NCBI RefSeq assembly: GCF_020745735.1
Contig: NC_083408.1
Span: forward strand, 30,906,484 to 30,970,483
Direction: 5' to 3'
DNA: 64,000 nt
Source of the DNA: Hemiscyllium ocellatum
Taxonomy: Eukaryota
The notes under the pieces: model-generated
Seen by the model: the letters and a program-made list of their open reading frames with translations, nothing else
What the model was told of the DNA's origin: nothing
The model's database searches: none
Part shown: in pieces, positions 23,620 through 36,419 of the stretch
How positions within the stretch are numbered: position 1 is the first letter of the stretch
Layout of the letters: the number at the start of each line of letters is the position of its first letter
Program-made: the position numbers and the translations under genes

Positions 23620-24570
23620 AGGGATCTGTGCTGGGACCACTGTTGTTTCTGATATACATAAATGATCTGGAAGGTGTAGGTGATCTGATTGGTAATAAGA
23701 TTGGTGGAGTAGCAGATAATGAAGAGGACTGTCAGAGAATGCAGCAGAATATAGATAGACTGGAGAGTTGGGTGGAAAAATGGCAGATGATGTTCCATCT
23801 GGGCAAATGCGAGGTGCTACATATTGGAAGATCCAATTCAAGAGCAAACTGTACGGTGAATGGTAAAGGGGAAAATTGGTGTATGGGGAGATCTGAGTGT
23901 TCAGGTCCACTGTACCCTGAAGGTGGCAATACAGATCAGTAGAGTGGTCAAGAAGGCATACGGCATGCTTTCCTTCATTGGACGGGATATAGAGTACAAG
24001 AGTTGGCAGGTCGTGTTGCAGTTGTATAAAACTTTGGTTTGGCCGCATTTGGAATACTGCATACAGTTCTGATCGCCACATTACCAAAAGGATGTGGATG
24101 CTTTGGAGAGGGTGCAGAGGAGGTTCATCAGGATATTGCCTGGTTATGGAGGGTGCTAGCTATGAAGAGAGGTTGAATAGATTAGGACTATTTTCATTAG
24201 AAAGGTAGAAGTTGAGGGGGGACCTGGTTGAGGTCTACAAATATCATAAGAGGTGTAGACAGGGTGGATACAAGAAACTTTTTTCCCCAGAGTGGAGTCT
24301 CAAGTACTTGGGGTCATGAGTGCAAGGTGAGATGGTAAGTGTCAAAGGGAGATATGCGTGGAGAGTTCTTTACCTAGAGGGTAATGGGTGTCTGGAATGC
24401 ATTGCCAGCAGAGGTGGACATGATAGCGTCATTTAAGATGATAAAAACATGAATGGGCAGGGAGCAGAGGGATACAAATCTTTGGAAAATTGGCGACTGG
24501 TTTAGAAAGAGGATTTGATCAGCACAGGCTTGGAGGGCCGAAGGGCATGTTCCTGTGCTGTAATTTTCTT
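23620..24570 (+). mobile_element. CR1 LINE RT to 3' end
   Basis: QGSVLGPLLFLIYINDL...KWQMMFHLGKCEVLHIG...LYKTLVWPHLEYCIQF; tail gggccgaagggc.tgttcctgtgctg. Confidence 0.93.
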
Positions 24571-27227
24571 AGTTTATAGACAAAAAAGAATAAAAAACTT
24601 TTCACTGCACTCATTTGAGTAGATGTGACAATAAAGTTAATTCAGTTCAATTTAATTTGTGTTCACCTTGTTAATTAACTACTGAGCCCTTTCACTGCTT
24701 CTCATTGCTCTCCAGGAGAACAGTATGAAAATATAATTGCAGCCAAACCCAGTTTTGGGTATGGATCAATAATGACAAAACTCACTGAATTGAGTTTTCA
24801 TGTTCTCTGAGGCATTACAGCATTATAACCACTGATTCGAGCAGCTAACACAGGACAAGCCAGGGCATTACAGCAAGATTGGACATACATAGAGTAGCAT
24901 CTTTACCTACTGTCTTGATTGCCATAAATTTTGCATGATTAGTGTTGAATATGGAGTATGTTACGAACTATAATAACTTTGAAGTTCAGATCATTGAGTG
25001 ACCTTTATTCGCTGCTTGTATGAAATTCTACAGGCCGTTTCCTTGTGTTCAGTTACTTATTACCTCAAGCTAAGGTATATAAATATCTGTTCAATTAAAG
25101 AAAAATAAAATCAAATTTTTTGAAGCACTATTATTTTCACCTTTTTAATGCCAGCTTCTTTTATGCCCGTGTTAAACTCAATTTAATCGGTTGCTTTGTC
25201 TTTTGCATTTCAGTCCTCCGATGGTCTTTCTTTCTGTTGCTGGATTTCTACTTGCTGCAGCTTTGTGTTTTTCTTTCTCCCAGTTCTCTCCAGGAACTTG
25301 TTTGTCTCTGTTTGACCCTGTCTGTGTTTAGTGTGTGTCTACTGCTCCCTTCCCTCTCCCTGCCATGTCACTGTCTTGATCTTTACTCTAGATTCTGTTG
25401 CTGAGGGGGAGAGAGAGCCATACAATGTGAAGCGTGTGGAAGATGGACAGTGCTTGCTAGCTATTCACTGCATTTAATTCTTTTTTTTTGTACAGCGTTG
25501 AATTGCAGTTATTGGGTTACTAGTTTGAACCTTTGGCTGATTTCATTCAATTGCAGTACCAGCTATCAGCCAATAGATGGTGATGTTTAGCTGATTATAT
25601 GCCTTGGTCCCATTTTTTCTCTGGAATATTGTGGGTGGATGAGACAGAAACAGAAATTGCTGGTGAAACTCAGCAAGTCTGGCAGTATCTGTGGGGAGAA
25701 AGCAGAGTTACTGTTTTGAGTCTGGTGACTCTTCATTGGAACTGCACTCACCTAGCATCTGCAGTTCTTTATTTTATTTTAGTGGGAGGATGGGAATTGG
25801 ACTGTGTTCGTCTGGGGCAATTTCTGAGGCCATGATTCAATTTTGAGCCATTTCTTCCAACTTGATTCAGCAATTGCAGAGAGGCTGTCATGACATCAGA
25901 TCCCATTTTAAAAAAAAAACAATTTCTCATCAACTTTGAATGCGCTATAGAATCATTTTATATTGGTTGTTTCAGGAGGACAGTTCAAAAACTAGTCTTA
26001 CTTGAAATGTTTGCTTGGAGATGTGGTACAGTTTTATGTAGAGGAGGAGCCAGAAGACAGGTGCTTTTCAAATTTTGAGAAATGTTTGTGCCACAAATAA
26101 AATTGAATAATCGTGCATCCTTTCAGATGCCAGCCACATTTTTAAAAATTAGGTCTCACTCGGGTGTAGAGTTTGCTGTTAGTGCAATTAATTCCGGCTG
26201 GGTGATAAAGATCCCTTGATACTACAGTATTCGAACATGATTTGGTATACTGGGAAATGTCACTGTCTCAATCAAAGCTCGAATACTGATTATCTGGCTC
26301 TTTATTTCATGGCTATGTGTGGATACTGCTGTGCATGGACTCACAACTGTTTTGCTGTACACTATGGAGAAGAGTAGCCTGGATTCATAATGCAGGGACT
26401 AGGCATTTGCTCTAGGAACACTGAAGTTAACAGCTAGTCTTGGCAGTGAAGCTATTGGATTGTCTTTTTTATATTAAAAATAGGATGGAGTTTGAAACAC
26501 TGACATATCAGCCATGATACCATTGAATGGTAAGTACGCTTGATGGGCTGAGTGGAAAACTCCTGTTCCTTGGAGTAGAGCATGCTAGAAGGGCTGAATG
26601 GCCCACTTTTGCTCTTTTGTTCATGTGCCACACAAATCTGCTGTCTGTACCTGCTCTGGCCTCTGCCTGACTCCAGACCAACGCAACATTGTGGCTCTAA
26701 GCGACCTTCAAATCGTCTGGCAAGTCACTCAGTTGAATCAAAGTGCCTCAGAAAAGTCAAGAAGGAACAAAGCTGGGCAGACCACCATCTATTGACCAGG
26801 CACTGGACCCTGCAAAGAAAGCCCTCCTTGCTAATACTCGGGGCTTGTACCAAAATTGGTGCACACACATAGACAGAGGTGAATCCAAACTCATCCATAT
26901 CGAGCTCCAGTTGGAGGAAGCACTGAAGGTGGAAATGGCATAAAATTGTACTTGTATTTTGGTATTTAGGCATTACCAGGCAGGGCTCAGTAGCACTACT
27001 AGTGACTGAGCTGGTCAGTCTTTAAGTAAGTAATTGCTATACTGAATTTGCGCAAGTGGTGAGAAGCAACAGGAGGGAAACACCTACTGGGTGTTGACCT
27101 CACAGTCTATCTGCTGCAGATATCCAGGACAGTATTTGTAGAAGTAAATGCCGCATGGCCTTCACAAAGGACAGCATCCATTTTCATGCTGAGGATATCT
27201 TCCATCATGTTATGTGGCACTATCAGT

Positions 27228-27261
27228 GTCCTGATGAAGGGTTCCTGCCTGAAATGTCGAC
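27228..27261 (+). ncRNA. Hammerhead motif at the 5' end of a family A remnant (to about 27345)
   Basis: guc-CUGAUGA-A-GGGU-UCCU-GCCU-GAAA-U-GUC-gac; stem I guc/gac pairs, with CpG-type decay in stems II and III. Confidence 0.5.
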
Positions 27262-29149
27262 TTTTCTGCTCGTTGGATGCTCTCTGACTGGCTGAGCTTT
27301 TCCAGCTTCACATTACTGACGTGCAGTCCTTACTGTTTCTGAGTGCTAAATAGACCTGGCAACTCAAGACTGGGCATCCGCGAAGTGGTTTGAGCCTTCA
27401 GCAATAGAAGAATTTATGCAACTACAATTTGTAACCTCGTGGCTCAGCACATCCCCTAACTCTAACATCAAACTCGGGGATCAACTCCAACTCAGTAGAA
27501 GAAAATAGGAGACCATTCCAGGAGTAGCATCAGGGATCCTTAAAAGGAGGTGTCGGAGTGAACCCAAAGTCAGTAGATCAGATCCAAGCTCTGTAGTCCT
27601 GTGCAATTTTGTTAATGAAATGAATTAATAAACAACTCACTGGAGGTGGAGGCTGAACAAATGTCTCTCACTTCCATGGTGGGGAGACTGGCACGTCAGT
27701 GTCAAAGAGAAGACTAATGTATTTGTATCTATTTTTAACCATGCTCCTCCTGTGCCAGGAGACCAGGTTCAAGTCCGACCTGTTCCACAGGTGTGTAATA
27801 CATCTCTCAACAGGCTGATGAGGAAATGCTTCGAAAGGCCTGATGAAACTCTGACCTCTCCACAGGTATCTCAGTCCAAATCCGTACACCAGGCCATGCC
27901 GCAACAATAATGGAAGCCCAGGGCTTTTGAGGGGGTTGTCTCCGGTTTGTTGCTGGCGGTAACTGGGAACAGGGTTATCAAGTGTCGGATTTTAAATGAA
28001 AGTTATTTCAAGCTATTGGACTTGAAAATCATACTAATTTTTTAGTGGCTGTCAGCTCTGGCCTGTCCCCATACCAATCATGACCCAGTAATTAGGAGGT
28101 ACACTGGAGTAGTCTTGAGGTGACAGCAGACCTATGTTCACATTCTAAAATGCAAATATTTCTGATTTCATTGTTTCTACTGAATGTTTGGTAAGATCAA
28201 ATCTTCTGAATTTGAAATGGCACTGCATTGCAACATTCTCTTTTTGGAATTTTCTTTCTCATTTTCACCTTGGGGAGGTGTTTGAGTTTAAAGTGCCACC
28301 ACATGCTGTGTGGACTTTGCAACTGGTTTCATGTGTGAGGCTGAGAGAGCATTGCTGTGGTGCTTTGTTGTTGCAGTTATTCCTTTTGAAACTCTCTGCA
28401 GTGTCACCCTTTGCCCTTTTCCCTGCTTCAAGTTTAAAACTACCTGTCTGGTGCCTATTTCACATTTCCAGCCCTTGTAATGGCTGGGAGAAGTTGCAGA
28501 AACAGTTATTCCTGTTGCTTGTTGTCAGTGCACCCTTCTGGAGTAGCATTGGTGTTCCTTGGTGACAAAAATCAACAGTCACAAGGCTTTGCAAAGGTCA
28601 CTTGATAAGTATGGGTCAGCAAAGAGACTTCAGTGCAGGATAATAAATCAATTGGTCTCCAGTGTTACCCTGTACATTCATGATGTCAATTACAGACTGT
28701 CTTTGACTATTTCTTTGTATTCCTCCCCGATCCACATTGTTCTGTGCACAATTGATCCCAGTTCCCCTAGCAGTGATGGATCTTTTGCATTAGCCTCAGA
28801 GGGGAGATTGCTTTTACCCACTAGGTGGCACTTCCAACAGTGCAGCAGTCCTCAGTACAACATTGACATTGCCAGTCTAGATTTTGTGTTGAAGTCACTG
28901 GAATGGGTCTTGAACCCATGTCTTTCTGACTCGGACACGAGCGACCTACTACTGAACCACGGCAGACATTTGGTTGTGAAAGCTCAGACTCTTTCCAGGC
29001 TTCGATGATATAAATAGGCCTCAGTGGTGGAGCCCCTGTTGTTTTCCAAATCCATTTCTTGTTCAGCTTTGGGAAAAATCGCATTTGGTGATTGAGTATT
29101 AAATGACTTACGTGGATCCCTTCGGCTTCATTTAATGAAGGTAGAAAAG

Positions 29150-29735
29150 CAAGTTAGGAGAGTGATGGAATACAGCACTCGGGAAGCTTGACACCATTCT
29201 CAGACAAAGCAGCCTGCTTGACTGGCAACATATCCGCAAGCATCCACTCCCTCCACCACTGACACTTAAAAGCAGTGGTGTGTGCTGATTCTCCTGCTCC
29301 TCGGATGCTGCCTGACCTGCTGTGTTTTTCCAGCACCACACTCGACTCTGATCTCCAGCATCTGCAGTCCTCACTTTTTGCTAGCAGCAGTGTACGCCAT
29401 CTACAAAATGCAAAAATTCAACAAATATCCTTTGTCAGCACCTTCCATACCCACAACCACTTCCATCTAGATGGACAAGGGCAGCATATATATGGAAACA
29501 CCATCACCTGCAAGTTCCCCTCCAGGCCAGTTACCATCCTGACTTGGAAATATATCACCGTTTCTTCAGTGTTAGGGAAGGAATCCCAGGATTCTGATCC
29601 AATAAGGGCATTGTGGCTTTACCTGCAGCACATGGACTGCAGTGGTTCAAGAAGGCAGCTCACCACCACCTTTTCAAGGGCAAAGATGGATGAGCACTAA
29701 ATGCTGGCCAGCCAGCAAATCCCATGCCCCGTGCA
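29150..29735 (+). mobile_element. LINE 3' end containing a family A tail insertion (about 29283-29382)
   Basis: Same LINE tail as 16500-17000; insert gattctcctgctcctcggatgctgcc...gcagtcctcacttt. Confidence 0.75.
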
Positions 29736-30581
29736 ATAATATTTTTAAAAACTTCCAATTCCTCTGTCCTATTCCTGACCCTGTGCAGTTCACTAAATGT
29801 CATTTTCTTCTGCATGTGGAGCTCCTCACTGTTATTTTTAGTTGCTTACTTTGAATTAAGATGTCTGTCAGCTTGTCTGTAGATGGCAGAAAATCTGACA
29901 ATGATGAGCCCTCCCCGATATAAATCTTTGAAATGTTACATATGGCTTTACTTTGCCAGGAAATTTAAGTATTTATTAAATGCGGAGGGAGATTTTATTG
30001 ATTGTTGCTCATGGTAACAGTATTCTTTCTCCCTTCATGTACTCAAAAGTGCTTTGCACTAAAGTACCTTTCACAAATTGGGCTTGAGAAATTTTAAATA
30101 TTTTTTGAACCACATCATTCAACAATTGTCTATTATGCATTTTTTTAAAAGCTTGCAGCTAACTATATTTACAGCTAACTGCTGAAAATAAAGGATCTAA
30201 TTTGCATTGTATGCATGTAGAATACTGTTAAGATGTTTTATGGAGTGTTTCTACTTCTGGGCCAGATGTTCTGAGTTCAAGTTCCACCTATGATGAAAAT
30301 ATTTTGTTTTAAAGAATCTGCTGCTGTCGGGAATGTAATAAGTGGTTATATAACGTAAACTGCATTAATGTTGTGCTTTTCTGCCTATGAAGTGCCACAG
30401 TGATCTTTCTAGCATGGGGGTTGGATGTAACTAAACTACCGGATTCATGGTCGAAGTGTAAGGAAGGGTGAGAACAAATTTGGTGGAAACACTGAGTTGT
30501 GCAAAAAGCTTTGAAGTGTGAATTACAACATGGTGTACGGCTCCATGAGGAGGTGTTTCACAAAAGAACTTGCACCGAAGT

Positions 30582-30787
30582 ATAAGAGCAAATTACTGCG
30601 GATGCTAGAATCTGAAACCAAAAGAGAAAATGCTGGAAAATCTCAGCAGGTCTGGCAGCATCTGTAAGGAGAGAAAAGAGCTGAAGTTTCAAGTCTAACT
30701 GACCCTTTGTCAAAGCTAAAAAAAAATGGGAGAAAGAGGGATGCTGCCAGACCTGCTGAGATTTTCCAGCATTTTCTCCTTTTGGTT
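30582..30787 (-). mobile_element. Family E fold-back element
   Basis: Inverted repeat of about 47 bp (30616-30662 vs 30740-30787); imperfect TSD ttgcaccgaagt/ttgcacagaatt. Confidence 0.82.
30679..30717 (-). ncRNA. Hammerhead motif with a U3-A8 core variant
   Basis: Minus-strand RNA AGCU-UUGACAA-A-GGGUC-AGUUA-GACUU-GAAAC-UUC-AGCU. Confidence 0.5.
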
Positions 30788-31989
30788 GCACAGAATTGGG
30801 CCTTCAGCCATTGAGGAGGTTTTGGGAGAATTGATTAAAAGTTCATTGAAAGTTGGTCTTTTAAGGTGGATGTTTTCGCAAGAAAGTGAATTGGACAGGT
30901 AGAGGGATTTAAGGAAAGAATTCTATCATGTAGGAATTAGTTGAAGATACGGCTGCAGGTGTTTGGGGCAATGGTAGGAAATTCCTGAGACTGAAGTCAG
31001 AAGATAGGGAGTTAAGTGTGCTGTAGTTTGGGGGGAGTTGAAGCTAAGGAAAGTAATTCCATGAACAAATCTGCATAGTTGGATGAGAATTTTATACTTA
31101 ACGATACCACGTGCTGGGAAAAAATGTGAATTAACAAGGAGAAGGATGGTGTAGCAGTTTGGTTGATCTGAAATTTAAGGAAGGGCATAAATGGGAGGCT
31201 GGCAAGGAAATCATCACAGTACTCAAGTCTGAAGTACTAAAACATAAATGAGGGTTTTACTGATGATTGAGCTGAGGCTCGGGCAACATTGGGGACTTAG
31301 TCATAGAGATGTACAACATGGAAACAGACCCTTTGGTCCACATCATGAATATTGGGATAGATATTTTTTGTTTGGGCTCATATGGCTCAGGAGCTCAGCG
31401 TATGAAGTAGGATTTGATGGGTTATGAGTTAAGTTTCAGAGACTGGCACATTATTTAGGGAGGGAATTGGAATTTGTGGAAGGAACTGGAGATGATGCTG
31501 TTGGTCTGATCAACATTTAAGCAGAGCCTATTGCAGCTCCTTCAAGAGTGGAGTGCTCTCAGGATAGAGTGAGGTCTGAACCTGTGGCCCACAGCAGCCA
31601 AGGACGGTGCACAGGTGGAGAAGAAAGGGGACCGTAACAATAATTTCTTGGGGCATTCTAGAGGGAATAGAATGGGTTGAGCTGGAGGTTGCAAAGTAAC
31701 AAGAGTGAACCAAACCAAGGAAGTTCCACTGAATTGGATGACATGGCAGAGACTGAATAAAAGGAAGATCTGTGTGAGGTCTGAGTCAGGATTTTTGACA
31801 TATTGATGATAACAAAGGATAGTGCAGTGTATTCACAGAGGATATCAGTGTTAACTTCAGCTAGGAATGGCAGAGGGATAGAAACTTTTAAAGGCTGTCA
31901 AGAGATACTGTGGAAACTGTGACCAGTCAGTATGACTTTGGTGGGGCAGCATTTAGAAACAATAACTTGGAACAAAATTAATAGTCACA

Positions 31990-32990
31990 TGAAAAATACA
32001 CATTAGTGAAGAAAACCAGATGGTTTTGTTTAACGCAAATTGGGTTTAACTAACTAAGTTGCGTGACATTTTTGATGAGGTTAATGTTGTTTAGCTTGAT
32101 AAGGTGCCACACATGAGATTTGTGAGCAATGTTGTAGCTCATGGAATAAAAGGGGCAGTAGCAATAAGCATATGAAATTGGCTGAGTTAAAGGAAACAGA
32201 GTATAAATGGTTAATAAATGCATTTTGGACCAAAGGTTTATAGCAGAGTTTCCTGGGGGACAGTGCTGAGACTTTTGCCTTTCCTGACATATTGATTATG
32301 TCAATGTAAGTGGAGTTGAAATGCCCATCGGCCATGATTGAATGGCGGAGTGGACTCGATGGGCCGAATGGCCTTACTTCCACTCCTATATCTTATGGTC
32401 TTATGGTCAATTTTGATACACAAAGCAAAAGCTCCAAATTTGTGGATTAGAGTAACTCAAAAGCATTGTAAATGATGAGGAGGATAGCTCAGAGCTTCAA
32501 AAGAACATGGACAATGTTAATGGAATGGGCTGACAAGTCGGAGAGGAAATGTAATATTCAGAAGCACAGTGATTAATTTAGGCGGAAGAACATGGACTTT
32601 TACGCGAAGGGTACAATTCTAAAGATGATGAAGGAGCAGAGGGACCTGGATTATATGTGCATAAGCTATTGAATGTGGCAGGACAGTTTGAGTGCATACA
32701 GTATTCTATGCTTTTTTTAAGAGGGTATGGAGAACAAGAGCAAAGAGGTTTCATTAAACTTGTGTAAAACACTGGATCAGCTCCAGCTGGAGTATTGAAT
32801 CCAGTTCTGGGCTTCACATGGTATGTGAAGGATAAAGTCCTTAGAGAGAGTACAAATAAAATTATGAGAATGGCTTCATAAGATGAGCTTCAGCTGTAGA
32901 TGGATCGGAGAAGGGAAGATTTTATATCAGTATTCAAAATAGTGAGGAATCTGAACAGACTAGACTGGGGGAAAAGTTGCTCCCACTGGT
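31990..32990 (+). mobile_element. Old CR1 LINE remnant with a short nested CR1 tail (about 32305-32408)
   Basis: ttgataaggtgccacat (FDKVPH), ctggagtattg..ccagttctgg (LEY..QFW), and a tail ending tcttatggtcttatgg. Confidence 0.7.
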
Positions 32991-33900
32991 GGATATTTCG
33001 GTGTTGAAGGAGACTGCAGTGGAGAAAATGAAGTCCCTTTTTTTCTTTAACCTGATGAATTGAAGGTTGAAGTGAGAGGCAGTTTTAGCAACCAGGCCTA
33101 GAATCTTCTATTTGTCCACATAATCCAGTCAGAACTGGTGATGGATGACTAATGAGGCTGAGTTTCATCATGCCTTAACCTGGTGTGAGTATATTCAGGA
33201 CGCTGGTTGCTACTTTGTTCATTAAGGAACCCAGAGGATTTGAAGACTTGTGTCAACTTGAAATGTTCTTTTCAGAAGGCTGTTGATGTTGGCCAAGTGC
33301 GCTCCTTTCAGAAAGCGAATGACGTGCTGTGGAAATTTTTTATATTTTAAAAAAAAATTGTTTACAGTAAAGATTACTGCCGAAACCAGCCCTGACAAGA
33401 TTTCCTTCCTGCTTGATGCTTTGAAATTTAACCACTGGCATGAATAGAGCACACATAATAAACATAATGGGCTGCAATGATTTATATTTTAATCAAGTGA
33501 AGATGCTCATTATGTTTGAACCACAACCCTAGTGCTTCAAATACAGTGCAGTAAACCTCATGGGTGCCAGTTAGTTTGAGAGTTGGAATAATTTTAGTGT
33601 ATATGTCATTGTCGAACTAAGTTTCATATTGTATATGTGTGAAAGACTTTGTTACATGGACTCAATGATCCTGGTACCCAGATTTCTCTTTTCTTTCTGG
33701 TGAGAATCTGGCCATTTTAAGATGGCACAGCTATTTGATAACCCATTGATATACCAATTAATTAGAGAGCATGTGGTGCAGGATTAGGCCATGCAGTCCA
33801 ATCAGCCCATGCTAGTGTGTATGTTCCAGTTGAGCCTTGTTTTTTATTACAAATAAGATGGTAGTGCTGATGGACAGTGTGACACTTATTGCTTTTCCTT

Positions 33901-34275
33901 CACTTCACTCTCTCACTCTCTCACTCTCTCACTCTCTCACACTCACATGCATGCACAGTGGTTAGCACTGCTGCCTCACACCGCCAGAGACCCAGGTTCA
34001 GTTCCCACCTCAGGCAACTGTCTGTGTGGAGTTTGCACATTCTTCCCATGTCTGCGTGGGTTTCCTCTTGTGCTCCGCTTTCCTCCCACAGTCCAAAAGT
34101 GTGCATGTTAGGTGAATTGGCCATGCTAAATTACCCATAGTGTTAGGTGAAGGGGTAAATGTAGGGGAATGGGTCTGGGTGGGTTGCTCTTCGGAGGGTC
34201 GGTGTGGACTTGTTGGGCCGAAGGGCCTGTTTCCACACTGTAAGTAATCTAATCTCTCTCTCACTCTCTCACACA
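33901..34275 (+). mobile_element. HE1/V-SINE (about 33951-34252) inserted in a (CT)n/(CTCTCA)n microsatellite
   Basis: Near full-length SINE with V-domain and an (aatct)n tail; CT/CA repeats on both flanks. Confidence 0.88.
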
Positions 34276-34746
34276 CCTTGAGAGTAATGGCAAGCTGCTT
34301 TCTACAGTACCTACACTTAGAGTGCTGTTAGATAGGGAATGATAAGATTTTGCCCCAGAGGTGATGAAGGAGCATTGATACATTTCCAAGTCAGCATGGC
34401 TTGTAACTTGGAGGAAAGTGTGAAAGCAGTGATTTCCCTGTGCATCTTCTCCATTTGTTCTTCTGAATGTTTGAGGCTGCAGACTTTGAAGATGCTGTCA
34501 AAAAGGCTTGTTTTTAATGGCTGTAGTTCATGTTGTAGACGATGCATACTGTCACCATTTTTCTGCAGTGGTGTAGGGAATGAATTTTTAAGGTAGGCGA
34601 TAGTTTGTTGATCAAGCAGTTGTTTTGTCCCCGATGATGTTGAGCTTCTTGAGTTTTGTTGGAACTACACTCATCCAGGCAAATGGAAAGTATTCTATCA
34701 CACTTGGTTTATGTCTTCATAGACAGTAGAAAGGAATGAGGGAATT

Positions 34747-34794
34747 GGGGGTAGGGGGAGGGGGGTGGGTAGGGGGAGGGGGGTGGGTGGGGGG
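34747..34794 (+). repeat. G-rich tandem repeat with G-quadruplex potential
   Basis: Two copies of gggtagggggaggggggt plus further G runs; eight tracts of three or more G. Confidence 0.75.
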
Positions 34795-35014
34795 CATGAA
34801 TCACTTATTGACGAATCTTTGGCCTTTGATTCTCTGCTGTAGCCACTATTTATGTGGCGTATTTATTTAGGTGTTTAGTCTGTAAGATGTCGATGGTCAG
34901 GTTTTGATATTGCTAATGCTGCTGAATATAAAGGAAATGGTGAGGTACTGTTGTTGAAGGTGGTCATGCCCTGGCCATTTTCCTCTTATAAACCCAAAAC
35001 CTGACTGATGTTGG

Positions 35015-35410
35015 GCAGGATCGAAAAGTGTGGCGCTGGAAAAGCAGCATCCCAGGTACAGGATAGTTGATGTTTCAGGCATATACCCTTCACCAGGAAT
35101 GTGTGGTGGGGGAAGATGAGGGGTAAATAGGATGGTGGGGGTGGAGAGAAGTAGCTGGGAAGGCGATTGGTAGATGGAGGTGGGAGGTGATTGTGATAGA
35201 TTGGAGAGGAGGGTGGAGCGGATAGGTGGGAAGGAAGATGGACAGGTCAAGAGGGCACTGCTGAATTGGATCAGGGATGAGGTGAGGGGAGGATATTAGG
35301 AAACTAATGAAGTCTATATTGGTGCAGTGTGGTCGGAGGGCCCCAAGGCGGAAGATGAGATGTTCTTTCTCCTGTCGTCGGGTGGCGTGGATTTGGCAGT
35401 GGAGGAGAAG
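35015..35410 (-). mobile_element. Penelope-like 3' end (GIY-YIG C-terminus, C-rich UTR, family A tail)
   Basis: Minus strand reads ..EKEHLIFRLGALRPHCTNIDF.. followed by attcCTGGTGAagggtatatgcctGAAAcATC. Confidence 0.78.
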
Positions 35411-36419
35411 TAGCTGTGGGAGTCGGTGGGTTTGATGTTGTTGAACCAGCAGAAGATGTTTGGACCAGGGATAGCCAAGGAAACTCCTGCAATGTTATCC
35501 TGTGTGTGAGATAATTAGCATCCAACAACCACAGTCATCAAGATGTGTTTTTGGAATCTGGCCAGTCTTCACCCAAATCCCAATGACTTAATTTTGCTGA
35601 GGCTCCTTGATGCCACAGCTGGTAAAGTGCTGCCTAGATACCAAGGGTGCTCCCCACATTTGCACTAAGGCTGTAATGAAGTCAAGAACCAAGTTTCCTG
35701 GAGGAACCCAAACTAAAAATTAAGGAGCAGATTATTGGTGACTAAGTGGCGCTCAGTAGCACTGTCAATGACCCTTTGCCCAAGTTGAGTCAGGGTTGAC
35801 AAGTTGACACTGATAGGTTGGATTGGATCATTCTGCTTCTTAAGGAAAGGATGTAGTTGGGGAATTTTCTACACTGTTGAGTAGATGCTGCTGTTGCACG
35901 TGTACTGGAGCCATGTGACTCTGGGAATGGTTAGTTCATGAATAAAATCTTCAGCATTGCAGCCACATCGATATCGAGACCCAAAGCCTTTGCTGTGTTC
36001 AGTGAGCTGAGTCCATGTGGAATGAATCAGATTGGCTTCTGTGATGCTAGCTATCTTGAGTGGAGACTGAGATGAGTATCTACCTAGCACTCCTGACTAT
36101 GTTGAGGTGATTGTAACTGCTTCAGACTTGTCTTTTCCTCCTGTAAGCTGTATTCCAGCATCATTGCGGCTGAGGATGCACATTATCTGGATGACTGATT
36201 AAGAACCTAAACTATTTCTGCAAGTTGAACTTTTAATTCCAGCATGACTTTTTTTAAAAAAAGAGGGCCACTACATCCAGGTGTACATGTCGAACGTATT
36301 TGCAGAGTCCTGTGTGGATTCATGGAAGATAATACATGTACAGAGTCGGAGAAATATTTAAATAGAAGGGATTCACGCTACTCTACCAGTGAAAAGTATC
36401 TACTGAATTACTTACAATA

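Noticed and set aside
23572-24087. 171-aa minus-strand ORF and similar ORFs (7226-7624, 61168-61566, 29275-29700, 28559-29008)
   Set aside because: Antisense or off-frame readings of, or overlapping, CR1/LINE/SINE sequence, with no independent protein signature.
27812-27850. CTGATGA-ggaaatgcttc-GAAA hammerhead look-alike
   Set aside because: No valid NUH cleavage triplet with a stem I partner. It sits in the tail of a small SINE-like repeat (compare 15330-15355) and has no PLE flanks, so it is likely chance.
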